A DNA stretch of 32,000 bases from Parasynechococcus marenigrum WH 8102 (lineage in GTDB: Bacteria > Cyanobacteriota > Cyanobacteriia > PCC-6307 > Cyanobiaceae). A program made the position numbers and the translations under genes. How positions within the stretch are numbered: position 1 is the first letter of the stretch; every line of letters starts with the position of its first letter. The DNA lies in NCBI RefSeq assembly GCF_000195975.1, contig NC_005070.1, forward strand, positions 1,680,001-1,712,000, read 5' to 3'. Shown piece by piece: positions 6,904-16,302 of this stretch. The notes under the pieces are model-generated. The model made no database searches. It saw only the letters and a program-made list of their open reading frames with translations, and had not been told where the DNA came from.

Positions 6904-8375
6904 AGCTCAAGACTGAGTTGTCGTACACCGTTGTCATTGGAGCGCTTCTGGCGACGGCGACTGGCGGTGGGCTTAAGGCCCGCTTTACGGGAGCCATGCA
7001 TGCGCTGAATCGCATCGGCATGACGATCAAAACCGGCTGAGCGGCGAATCTCCCAGATCCTGTCTTTGGCCAGCTGCATCGATGTGGTCACATCCACGAT
7101 CGGGGCCGACCGACCGCCGCCGAGCATCCAGGGCTCATGGATGTGAATTGTGGACACATCCTTGAGTTCCGGGCACCACTGACGGATAAATACCCCCTGG
7201 GGGTCGTGATCCATGCCCTGCTTGATCGGGTTGTAGATCCGGATTGTGTTGATCGAGGTGCTTCCCGACTGCATCTGGCATTGGCTCCAATGGATTCCTG
7301 GTTCGTAATCGACAAACTGGCGAGCAAGATGCAATCCGCTGTCACGCCAGGGCAGCCAAAGGTTGTAACTGGCAAACGACATCAACATCGCCCGCATGCG
7401 GAAGTTGATCCAGCCATGGGCCTTCAGCGCCCGCATGCAGGCATCCACAAACGGCACACCAGTTCGGCCCTCAGTCCAGGCCGCCAAACGCTCGGCATTC
7501 GTCTCGCGGATGCCCCGCATGTACGGATGGAAATCGCTGAATTCAATCTCTGGCTGATCCTCCAGCTTCTGGATGAAGTGGCAATGCCAGTGCAGCCGCG
7601 ATTCGAAGCTGCTGACGCCGCGACCGCTGTGGTGGCGGCTGGTCTGCAGCACCTCCCGCATCGAGAGGCAACCCCAAGCGAGGTATGCCGATAAGCGCGA
7701 ACACCCCGTGAACGCCGATTTGGGGCTCGACATCGCCCGTTGATAACACGGAGCACGATGCTGCAGAAAATCGCGCAGCTCCCCCAGGCCGATTGAACGT
7801 CCGCCGGTTTGGCGTTGCGAGCAATCATCCGGCAACAGCTCAGGGCAAGGACGCTCCGGAATCACACCGGGATCGATCTCCTCCAAAGCGGGAACCCCAG
7901 CAGGGGCAGGAGTGATGGGCTCTGCCATCTGCTCCTCCCAGCGCTTGGCCCAGCCGTTGCGGCTGCGCATCCGCCGCGTCACGCCGAACTGCCGGATTTC
8001 ACCCCACTGAATGCCATGCGCTCGCGCCCAGGCGCCCACGCGCTTGTCGCGCTGATACGTCCAGCCGTTACCGGTTTCCTCATGGCTCCACAGCCCATCC
8101 ACCCCGAACTGACGTCGGGCCCGCTCCAGCACCTGCACCACATCACCTGAGCGCACCACCAAAGGCTGACCCAGCTCCGCCAGGGCTTGCCGTAACTCCA
8201 ACAACGACTCCCTGCAAAACAACCACTGCCGCTCGGAAGCATCGGGCTGCTGCCACAACTCCGGCTCCACCACATAAAGCGGAAGCACAGGCCCACGTGC
8301 TGCCGCCTCCAGCAAGGGGCGGTGATCATCGACCCGCAGATCGCGCTTGAACCAGACGATCTGCAGAGACGACAA
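6900..8375 (-). CDS. cryptochrome/photolyase-family flavoprotein
   Basis: The N-terminus IVWFKRDLRVDDHRPL matches the photolyase alpha/beta domain. SRLSAYLAWGCLSMREV and TIRIYNPIKQGMDHDPQGVFIRQWCPEL match the FAD-binding domain. It starts with TTG at 8375, 9 nt after the upstream stop. Confidence 0.8.
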   Translation of the reverse strand: MSSLQIVWFKRDLRVDDHRPLLEAAARGPVLPLYVVEPELWQQPDASERQWLFCRESLLELRQALAELGQPLVVRSGDVVQVLERARRQFGVDGLWSHEETGNGWTYQRDKRVGAWARAHGIQWGEIRQFGVTRRMRSRNGWAKRWEEQMAEPITPAPAGVPALEEIDPGVIPERPCPELLPDDCSQRQTGGRSIGLGELRDFLQHRAPCYQRAMSSPKSAFTGCSRLSAYLAWGCLSMREVLQTSRHHSGRGVSSFESRLHWHCHFIQKLEDQPEIEFSDFHPYMRGIRETNAERLAAWTEGRTGVPFVDACMRALKAHGWINFRMRAMLMSFASYNLWLPWRDSGLHLARQFVDYEPGIHWSQCQMQSGSTSINTIRIYNPIKQGMDHDPQGVFIRQWCPELKDVSTIHIHEPWMLGGGRSAPIVDVTTSMQLAKDRIWEIRRSAGFDRHADAIQRMHGSRKAGLKPTASRRRQKRSNDNGVRQLSLEL

Positions 8376-8384
8376 CGGGGGTGA

Positions 8385-8768
8385 TCAATTCACACCCATT
8401 TTGATGTCGCGCAGGCGCTCATCGATGGAGGCCAGCAGTTCGATGGCGAACATCGGTGCTTCTTGAACCGCAAACAGGAATTTTTCCCGGGTCATCTCGA
8501 TCAAGCGGCAGTCCTCTATCGCCGTCGCTGTACCGAGACGCTGATGATCACCCATCACCAGAGCCCCTGCTCCGAACACGTGTCCAGAGGGAATATCCTC
8601 ATGGCCCTGATTCCCTAAACTATCTTTCCAGGAGAGTCGAACCGAACCCTCGAGAATTCCGTACATCGTTAAACCTGAATCACCGCTATTGAACAAAACG
8701 TCGCCACTGTTCAAAGTCAACACTTCGCTCTTGCTCGCAAGAGCGCGCATCGTGTCAAGGGCGTGCAT
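8385..8768 (-). CDS. stand-alone cyclic-nucleotide-binding domain protein (no DNA-binding domain)
   Basis: 127 aa. LNSGDVLFNSGD...MYGILEGSVRL...GHVFGAGALVMGDHQRLGTATAIEDCRLIEM fits the cNMP-binding beta-barrel pattern (FGE..l....R.atA). No HTH follows. Confidence 0.7.
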   Translation of the reverse strand: MHALDTMRALASKSEVLTLNSGDVLFNSGDSGLTMYGILEGSVRLSWKDSLGNQGHEDIPSGHVFGAGALVMGDHQRLGTATAIEDCRLIEMTREKFLFAVQEAPMFAIELLASIDERLRDIKMGVN

Positions 8769-8848
8769 CGATTTGAATCCAGATCTTCAAAGTGTGGGGA
8801 CTGAAATTCAAAAGGAAGTAAAGACCGCTCGATTCGTCACCCAACGGA

Positions 8849-10021
8849 TCAAGCCGTGGTCAGGGTCAGTGCTGCACCGAAACCCTTACGCACCTCTTCA
8901 GGGGTCAGACGCCCGTCATGGTCGAGATCAAGGGCATCGAAGACGGCATCACTCCCCAGCCACTCATCACGGGTGATGCAGCCATCACCATTCATGTCAT
9001 TAAGCATGAAAATCTCTTGAACCGCATGACGGAAGGCTTCACCCCCTTCGAGTTCAGCAAGGCGATGCGCCAGTTGATGCTCAAGGGTTTCGATGGCTTT
9101 GCTGAAGCCTTTAATCCCTTCGCCGAGCTTGTCCGTCGCCATGCGATCCGCCGCCATCATCGCGTCGAAGCGTTCGCGATCCACATGGATTTGTTCTTCA
9201 CCGCCGCTGGGATTAGTCGCATCCAACTTCTGGCTTAAGGATGCATCGCTCTCGCGAAGCTGATCCAACAACTTGGGTGAGATGGTCAGCAAATCACAGC
9301 CAGCCAGTTCCGTGATCTCATCGAGGTTGCGGAAGCTGGCTCCCATGACTTCAGTTTTGTAGCCGTATGTCTTGTAGTAGTTGAAGATCCGGGTCACTGA
9401 GATCACGCCGGGATCTTCTGGGCCTGGATAGGAATCACGACCGGTGTCAGCTTTATACCAATCGAGGATACGTCCCACGAAGGGAGAAACCAAGGTCACG
9501 CCAGCTTCAGCACAGGCCACGGCCTGACCGAAACCGAACAAAAGGGTGAGGTTGCAGTGGATTCCCTCCTTCTCCAGCACTTCGGCCGCCTTGATGCCCT
9601 CCCAGGTAGACGCGATCTTGATCAGAACGCGGTCATTGCTGATGCCAGCATCGTTGTAAAGGCGTATCAGCTTGCGACCTTTCTCGATCGTCGCATCGGT
9701 GTCGTAGCTCAAGCGTGCATCGACTTCAGTAGACACACGACGGGGAACAATCTTGAGGATTTCCTTACCGAAAATCACACTGATTTCGTCCAGGGCTTCA
9801 TGCACTACGTCTTCAACAGGAGCTGCATCACCGATGAGCTTGCGTGAGGAACGCAGCGCCTCATCAATCAAACTTTGATAAGCAGGTATTTGTGCAGCCG
9901 CCAGGATCAACGACGGGTTGGTCGTGGCGTCACGCGGCGTGAACTTACGGATTGCCTCGAGATCACCGGTATCCGCCACCACGACGGTCATCGCAGAGAG
10001 CTGGTCGAGCAGGGTTGCCAT
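8849..10021 (-). CDS. tal: transaldolase with a C-terminal EF-hand pair
   Basis: [41 protein letters not shown] and [13 protein letters not shown] are class-I transaldolase motifs. The C-terminal loops [12 protein letters not shown] and [12 protein letters not shown] are canonical 12-residue EF-hand loops. The ATG at 10021 is preferred over the TTG at 10048. Confidence 0.92.
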
Positions 10022-10035
10022 GGCGGGGACGTGGC

Positions 10036-10052
10036 ACGTTTGTTGCAAACGT
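10036..10052. promoter_or_regulatory. perfect 7-3-7 palindrome between the ftsI stop and the tal start
   Basis: ACGTTTG-TTG-CAAACGT lies 15 nt upstream of the tal ATG and 20 nt downstream of the ftsI stop. No U-tract follows. Confidence 0.25.
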
Positions 10053-10071
10053 AGCTGCGATTTCAGAGCCG

Positions 10072-11871
10072 TCAGCTCGTCATCGCCTTGTTCAATTCTG
10101 CAGGTTTCGATGGGCTGATCTTCTCCACGATCAGCAGGGCGTCGATGATCTGCTTCGCCAACGGAACAGCCACCGTGGAGCCGTAGGCGTGAGCTCCCTG
10201 GGGCTCATCGACCACCACCAGAACCACATACCGCGGATCCTCAACAGGCAGGGTCGCCACAAAACTGCAGATCTTGGCTCCAGGCAGATAAATGCCGTTG
10301 AGCGCTTTCTGCGCCGTCCCTGTTTTGCCGGCGATGCGGTAACCGGGTGTCTTCACCCCCTTACCGCTGCCCTTGTCCACCACAGATTCCATCCAGGCCA
10401 TCACCGTTCGGGTCACCTCAGGCTTCAGCAGGGGCTGACCGCCGGGGTCTGCCGCAGGCGCGAGAGCATCGCCAGAGCGAAACCCACGGGTGATGTGAGG
10501 ACTCACCAAATGACCACCATTAGCTAAGACCCCATGAAGCTGGACCAATTTCAACGGGGTGAGCGAGAACCCTTGACCGAAGGCTGTGGTAGCCGGCTCA
10601 ATCGGATGGGAGATGAACTGCTCTTTTGTCTTGAGCTGACCGGCAACAGCCCCAGGAAGATCCGTGTCCGGACGCCGATCAATCCCAAGACGATTCATCC
10701 AGTCCCAGTAGGTGTTGTGATCCAGGCGTTGCATCGCCTGCACCATGCCGACGTTGCTGGACACCTGCAGGACCTTGGCGAAATCCACCAGACCGTGGGC
10801 TTCCTTGTCGTGGTTGTTGATCGGCCAACCGCCGATGGTGAGCTGACCGACGTCATTCACACGGTCTTTGGGACGGATCGCTTTCTCTTGAAGCGCCAGA
10901 GCCAGATTGATCGGCTTGAAGGTGGACCCGGGTTCGTAGAGATCCTGCACGGACCACTCACGGAATCGTGCCGGTGAAAAGCGCCAGTAGCGATTGGGGT
11001 CGTAGGTCGGTGTTGACGCCAGCACCAGCAGTTCACCATTGGTGGCATCCATGACGATGGCGGCCGCCTTCTTGGCCTTCCACTTGGCGACCTGGGCCGC
11101 CAGAGCCTGAACAGCGAGCTCCTGCAGCCGGGCATCGAGGGTGAGCTGCAAGCGCAAGTCATCGCCATAGAACGCCCCAGGGGGCAGATCATCGGGAAGT
11201 GGTGTGCCGTCCGCACCGCGGCGCAGACGCCTGGACTGCTCATGCCTCAGCAGTTCAGCGTTCCTGCTCTGCTCAAGGCCCGCCTGGGGAACACGCTCGT
11301 CGTTGAGGAAACCGACGACGTTGGCAAAGAGTTCCCCCTGGGGATAGACCCGTTGGGGATAAGCCTCCAAATCCAGGCCGCTAATGCCCAGGGAACGGAT
11401 GCGTTCAGCCGTCTCCGGATCCAGCCCTTCGGCGAGCTTGACCCCCGAGCGTCTCTGGCCCAGTTGCTTGAGAAGCTGCGGAGCCGGTTGGGCCAGGGGT
11501 GTAGCAAGCAGATCCACCACATCCTTAGGCGGTCGTACCAAGCCCGGGTCATCACCAGGAAGATTGAAGTAGCGCGGGTGAGCCCAGAGCCGAAAACGGA
11601 CTTCATCCATCGCCACCAGTCGACCGTTGCGATCGACGATCGGGCGGCGTTGCCCCAATGTTGTGCTGGTCTGGGTCTGAAGGCGACGGGCTCTGGACTC
11701 CAGCTCACCCGTCTGGACCACCTGCAGCCAAGCCATCCGACCCACCAGACCAACAAGGCCAGTGCATAGGATCAGGAAAACAATCCACAGCCGCCTGGGG
11801 GGGACCTTGGCCAGGGGGACGACACGAGGGCGTGGCCGTCTCCGGGATGGAGGAGAAACGGTCCGGGGCAT
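10072..11871 (-). CDS. ftsI: class B penicillin-binding protein (peptidoglycan D,D-transpeptidase, FtsI/PBP3-like)
   Basis: An N-terminal TM helix ([17 protein letters not shown]) is followed by the SxxK motif GSTFKP, SxN (VSSNVG) and KTG (GKTGTA). It is 599 aa. Confidence 0.9.
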
Positions 11872-12311
11872 CAGTAGCCGGGGTGGATCCGCCGTTGCGT
11901 CAGTTGCTCCAGGGACTGCAGCAGATCGGGTCGTGGTGAAGTCGCAGCTGGAATCGTGGCTGGCTGCTCGAGGTAGACGAGGTTGACCACCTTGGTTGGG
12001 ACCAGATCTTCAGGTCGGCTGGTGCCGCGGAGAAGATTCTGCTCAAGAACAGCTGTGGACTCCGTCAGGCGATGGGCCAGCAGTCTTGTGGCATCCAAGC
12101 GCTGAAAGGCCACGGTCCAACGGTGCTGCCAGTGCAGAGTGAAACCGGCCAGAACCGCAAGGGCGGCAAACACCCCGAGCAGACTGCCATCAGCAACACG
12201 ATGCAGTCCCCCAATCAGAGGAGAACGCCGTGCAATCCGGCCGGCTGACAACGAGCCCTGGATCAGCTCGAGGGCTGTTGTTGAGGGGCGCTGTTCCGGA
12301 GCGGCGACCAC
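11871..12311 (-). CDS. hypothetical single-pass membrane protein, possibly an FtsL/DivIC-like division protein
   Basis: It has one TM helix (LLGVFAALAVLAGFTL) followed by a helical segment. Its stop overlaps the ftsI ATG by 1 nt (TGATG), suggesting coupling. It has a GTG start and no internal Met. The function is inferred from position only. Confidence 0.5.
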   Translation of the reverse strand: MVAAPEQRPSTTALELIQGSLSAGRIARRSPLIGGLHRVADGSLLGVFAALAVLAGFTLHWQHRWTVAFQRLDATRLLAHRLTESTAVLEQNLLRGTSRPEDLVPTKVVNLVYLEQPATIPAATSPRPDLLQSLEQLTQRRIHPGY

Positions 12312-12365
12312 CGGAGTTACAGGCGAATGTGCCAGTCAACCACTCACAACTGGCCACTGCAAGGC

Positions 12366-13634
12366 TTACAGGAGGAGCAAATTCACGAATGTGACCGCAT
12401 TCCAGAGGGCATGCATCAACACGCAGGGAAACAGTCGTCCACTCGATAAACGCACCAGAGCGAGCCCAATCCCCAGCACGGTGAGCGGGGCCAGTTCGCC
12501 GATGCTGATGTGTGCCACTCCGAACAGCAGACCGCTAAGCACTACACCTGTCACCGAACCGGTCCGACGGGCCAGCACCGGCAGCAGCGTGCCGCGGAAA
12601 ATCACTTCTTCGAACAGGGGAGCCAGCACCACCGCAGTCAACGCCAGCAGGGACAGTGCCAGCGGATCCCGACTGTCCAGCACCAGTTCCAGCAACGGAT
12701 TACTTCCTCCGGGATCTCCGAACAGCCGCACCAGCAACCAACCGGTAAGCACGACGATGGGGGTGACCTTGCACCAGCCGGCCAGAGCGGTGAAGAAGGC
12801 TCCTGACAGCGGCCGCCACCGCCACTGCAGCCAGCCCCCTTCGGGCGTGATGTCTTTGGGCAGGCTGGCCAGCTGACGCCGCAGGATCAACAGGCTGGGT
12901 AAGGCCATCACGCTGTAGTTGATGACCACTCCCACCGCTTCCCGACGAGGGCTGTCCAATCCAGCGGTCAGCCTGGAGACCAGTGGCAGGACCAGCAGCG
13001 GAACACCGACGGCACTGATCACGACAAATCCACCGGCCACCAGCAGAGCCATGTCCAGCAGAGTGAGGGTCGGACCTTTGAGATCCGGCCAGCTCTCACG
13101 GCGGCCACGCCAGAGACGCCAGCCCTGACCAAGCAGCAGGGCCGTGCCAGTGACGGCTGTGATCAGCGGCAGCAGGGCACTCACGGACAAACGAACGGCC
13201 GCGGATCGAGCCACGGCCGGGTTGATGCAGTCGCCAGAGGCGCCTCCGCGAGCTTCGCAAAGCAGTCGATCCAGCAGCGGATCGTCTGCCGCATCGATCT
13301 CCGGCACCGTCGCCACTTCGTTCTGCAGCAGGTCCAACAGCTGGGTCTGACGCCAGGAACGATCAGCTGCAGGGATTTGCTCCAGCGACCCCTTGAGGAT
13401 GGTGCGCGGGTTCTCGCCCCCCCTTAAAACTGAACCCAACGTGTCCGGCAGAGCCGGTTCAGCCAACAGCTGAACTTCCTGCTGCTGAAGGTTGAGACTC
13501 GGCGCTACGGAAGGCCTTGAGAGGCTGTTCACCAGACCCGACGTCCAGATCAAGGCAGCCACCAGCAGGGACAGGGCCCCAAGCAGATTTTTCCAAGGCG
13601 GAACGGGGGCCTGGCGAGGGGAGCTGGGGGACAC
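12366..13634 (-). CDS. CPBP-family intramembrane glutamic endopeptidase (CAAX protease family)
   Basis: The motifs are EEVIFRG (EExxxR), FGVAH (FxxxH) and HALWN (HxxxN), with multiple TM helices. The start is uncertain. The GTG at 13634 avoids a divergent overlap with the next gene, although the ORF is open to 13796. Confidence 0.8.
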   Translation of the reverse strand: MSPSSPRQAPVPPWKNLLGALSLLVAALIWTSGLVNSLSRPSVAPSLNLQQQEVQLLAEPALPDTLGSVLRGGENPRTILKGSLEQIPAADRSWRQTQLLDLLQNEVATVPEIDAADDPLLDRLLCEARGGASGDCINPAVARSAAVRLSVSALLPLITAVTGTALLLGQGWRLWRGRRESWPDLKGPTLTLLDMALLVAGGFVVISAVGVPLLVLPLVSRLTAGLDSPRREAVGVVINYSVMALPSLLILRRQLASLPKDITPEGGWLQWRWRPLSGAFFTALAGWCKVTPIVVLTGWLLVRLFGDPGGSNPLLELVLDSRDPLALSLLALTAVVLAPLFEEVIFRGTLLPVLARRTGSVTGVVLSGLLFGVAHISIGELAPLTVLGIGLALVRLSSGRLFPCVLMHALWNAVTFVNLLLL

Positions 13635-13710
13635 CAGGTGGGCTCGACTACACCCGATTGTCCCTCTAAAGGGCTTGCCCCATACGATGGCCGCGCCTTG
13701 ACGCTGAACG

Positions 13711-15039
13711 GTGACCCTCCGCCTACTCCTGGTCCGCCACGGTCTGAGCAGCTTCAACAAGGAACGTCGCATCCAGGGTCGCGACGACCTGTCCAACCTG
13801 AGCGAGGAGGGACACGAGCAGGCTCGCCGGCTCGGCGCCAGCCTGACGGAGGTTCCCTTCGACGCGATCTACAGCTCCCCCCTGCAACGGGCGGCATCCA
13901 CCACGGCCTCGCTGCTTGAGGGGCGCGGCGGTTCGGCACCGACACCGGTGTTCGATGACGGGCTGTTGGAGGTGGACCTGGAGCCCTGGTCGGGGATGAG
14001 CATCGATGAGCTCACGGAACGCCACCCCGTGGATTTCGCCACCTGGAAGCGCCAGCCACTGGAACTGGACCTGCAGCGGCGGGACGGCAGCAGCTATCGC
14101 CCGCTGGTGGAGCTGATGGATCAGGCCCGCAGCTTCGTGGATGGCCTGCTCCAACGCCACCCGGTTGACCAGGACGGCACGGTGCTGGTGGTGGCCCACA
14201 ACGCCATCCTCCGTTGCCTGATGCTCACCCTGCTCGGAGAACCCGAGCAGGGATTCCGACGACTCAGGGTCGACAACACCTCACTCTCGATCTTCAACCT
14301 GAGACCTGGGGTCGATCAGCCACAGGTGCAGATTGAGTGCCTCAACAGCACCACCCATTTGCAACCGCTGCCGGACAGGGGGAAGGGTGCCCGATTGATC
14401 CTGGTGCGCCACGGCGAGACCGACTGGAACAAGGCGGGGCGTTTTCAGGGGCAGATCGACATCCCCCTCAACGACCATGGCCGCAGCCAGGCAGCCGCCG
14501 CACGCGATTTCCTCAAGGATGTGTCCATCGATCGTGCCTGGAGCAGCACGCTCTCCCGGCCGACCAAAACCGCGGAGATCATCCTCGAAGCCCATTCCGG
14601 GGTGCCCCTCACGCAGATCGATGGCCTCGTGGAAATCGGCCATGGACTCTGGGAAGGCAAGCTCGAATCCGAGATCCGGGAGGGGTGGTCCGAGCTGCTG
14701 GACACCTGGAAGCGTTCTCCTGAAACGGTTCAGATGCCGGAGGGCGAGACGATTCAAGACGTCTGGGCCCGCTCCGTTACCAGCTGGCAGGAGATCGCCA
14801 AAGGGCTGAAACCCGAGGAGACCGCCCTTGTTGTGGCCCATGATGCCGTCAACAAGACCATCCTTTGCGATCTGCTCGGCCTGACACCTGCCGACATCTG
14901 GGCGGTGAAGCAGGGCAATGGCGGGGTCACCGTGGTCGACATCACTCCGGATCCGAGCCAGCCTGCAGTGGTGACCTGTCTCAACCTCACGTCCCACTTC
15001 GGGAGTGTGATCGATCGGACCGCCGCGGGCGCCCTCTGA
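13711..15039 (+). CDS. histidine phosphatase (phosphoglycerate-mutase-family) protein with two tandem catalytic domains
   Basis: There are two RHG motifs (LLLVRHGLSSFN and LILVRHGETDWN), each followed by its own distal His motif (VVAHNAIL and VVAHDAVN). It has a GTG start. Confidence 0.85.
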   Translation: MTLRLLLVRHGLSSFNKERRIQGRDDLSNLSEEGHEQARRLGASLTEVPFDAIYSSPLQRAASTTASLLEGRGGSAPTPVFDDGLLEVDLEPWSGMSIDELTERHPVDFATWKRQPLELDLQRRDGSSYRPLVELMDQARSFVDGLLQRHPVDQDGTVLVVAHNAILRCLMLTLLGEPEQGFRRLRVDNTSLSIFNLRPGVDQPQVQIECLNSTTHLQPLPDRGKGARLILVRHGETDWNKAGRFQGQIDIPLNDHGRSQAAAARDFLKDVSIDRAWSSTLSRPTKTAEIILEAHSGVPLTQIDGLVEIGHGLWEGKLESEIREGWSELLDTWKRSPETVQMPEGETIQDVWARSVTSWQEIAKGLKPEETALVVAHDAVNKTILCDLLGLTPADIWAVKQGNGGVTVVDITPDPSQPAVVTCLNLTSHFGSVIDRTAAGAL

Positions 15040-15042
15040 CCC

Positions 15043-16302
15043 ATGCACGACACCCTGCTGCTGGATCCGGTGCGGATCCTGCATGGTCCCGGAACGGAGC
15101 TTCAGCAGGGTGCTGCCCTGATCGAATCAGGTGTTCTCAGCGGCTTCGGTGATGCAGCACGCACAGCAGCGGCGCGACTGGGAATTCAAGCGACCGTTGC
15201 CCCCCAGCAACTTCTGGCCCCCTGCCTGGTGGACCCCCATACGGTTCTGCCTTCACCGATCAGCGGGCCAACGGAAACGATCCGCAGCCTGCGGCGTTGC
15301 GCTGCGGCAGGGGGATACGGCCAGGTGGCCCTGTTACCGCGAGGGCAGAGCTGGCGGGATCAGCCGGAGCGCCTGATCGGCCTGCAGAACGCGGACCCGT
15401 CGTCGGTTCACCTGCCCCTCTGGGGAGGTTTCAGCCTGAACGGCAAAGGAGACGAGCTGGCACCCCACGGCGATCTGCTGGAACACGGTGCCATCGGCCT
15501 TGCCGATGACGATGCCGTTGTGCCATTGCCGCTGCTGGAGAGAGGTCTGCTGCTCGGCGAAATGGGATCCTGCCCCGTGCTGATTGCCCCCAGGGATCCG
15601 AATCTCCAGGGGGACGGCCTGGCTCGGGAGGGTGTCGAGACCCTGCGGGCGGGCTGGGCACCCGATCCCTTGATCAGCGAACTGCTGCCCCTTCAACAGC
15701 TGCTGGCCCTGCAGCAACGTCATCCCGACCGGCAGCTGCGGTTAATGAACATCTCCACAGCTGCGGCTGTGGACCTCCTCGGCCAGGCCGACCCACAGCT
15801 GAAGGCCAGTGTGTGTTGGTGGCATCTGCTGGTCGATGGCAGCAGCCTCTCCAGCACTGATCCAGGCTGCCGTGTGCGTCCATCACTGGGGGGAGCTGCG
15901 GACAGGTTGCGCCTGCGTTCAGCCCTGCAGTCCGGCCTGATTCAGGCGGTCGCCGTGCATGCCGTGCCGCTTGATGAGGAAGACATGTTGCTGCCGGCGG
16001 ATCAGCGGCCTCCAGGCCTGAGTGGGCACCACCTCGTGATGCCGGCGCTCTGGTCTGCCTTGGTTGATCAGGGTGACCTCTCGATCGAATCCCTCTGGGA
16101 GCTGCTCAGTTTCGGTCCGTCCGCTTTTTTGGACCAGCCGGCGGAATCGCTGCTGATCGGCAGCCGCCGTTGGCTGCTGTTTGACCCCGAGATCAGCTGG
16201 ACGGTGAGCCGCGATGATCCAGCAGCACCGGGAGCCGCCAACCTCCCCTGGCTGGGACGCACCCTGCAGGGGCGGGTGGTGGCCTGCGGCCTCAGTCGTT
16301 GA
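15043..16302 (+). CDS. dihydroorotase-like amidohydrolase-fold protein, probably catalytically degenerate
   Basis: Length and motif order resemble type-I DHOase (LVDPHTVL..., GAIGLADD, NISTAAAVDLL, VRPSLGG, AVAVHAVPLDEEDM). Several expected metal-ligand positions are substituted. Confidence 0.65.
   Translation: MHDTLLLDPVRILHGPGTELQQGAALIESGVLSGFGDAARTAAARLGIQATVAPQQLLAPCLVDPHTVLPSPISGPTETIRSLRRCAAAGGYGQVALLPRGQSWRDQPERLIGLQNADPSSVHLPLWGGFSLNGKGDELAPHGDLLEHGAIGLADDDAVVPLPLLERGLLLGEMGSCPVLIAPRDPNLQGDGLAREGVETLRAGWAPDPLISELLPLQQLLALQQRHPDRQLRLMNISTAAAVDLLGQADPQLKASVCWWHLLVDGSSLSSTDPGCRVRPSLGGAADRLRLRSALQSGLIQAVAVHAVPLDEEDMLLPADQRPPGLSGHHLVMPALWSALVDQGDLSIESLWELLSFGPSAFLDQPAESLLIGSRRWLLFDPEISWTVSRDDPAAPGAANLPWLGRTLQGRVVACGLSR

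Noticed and set aside
10022-10048. A TTG-initiated 9-codon N-terminal extension of transaldolase (MQQTCHVPA-).
   Set aside because: The ATG at 10021 gives the conserved MATLL...VVADTGD N-terminus. The extension would also place the palindrome inside the coding sequence.
13635-13796. A longer CPBP protease ORF starting at ATG 13796 or 13772.
   Set aside because: It would overlap the divergent phosphatase gene start (13711) by up to 86 nt, and the extra residues are Arg/Trp-rich junk-like sequence. This is not fully excluded, because the preferred start is a GTG.
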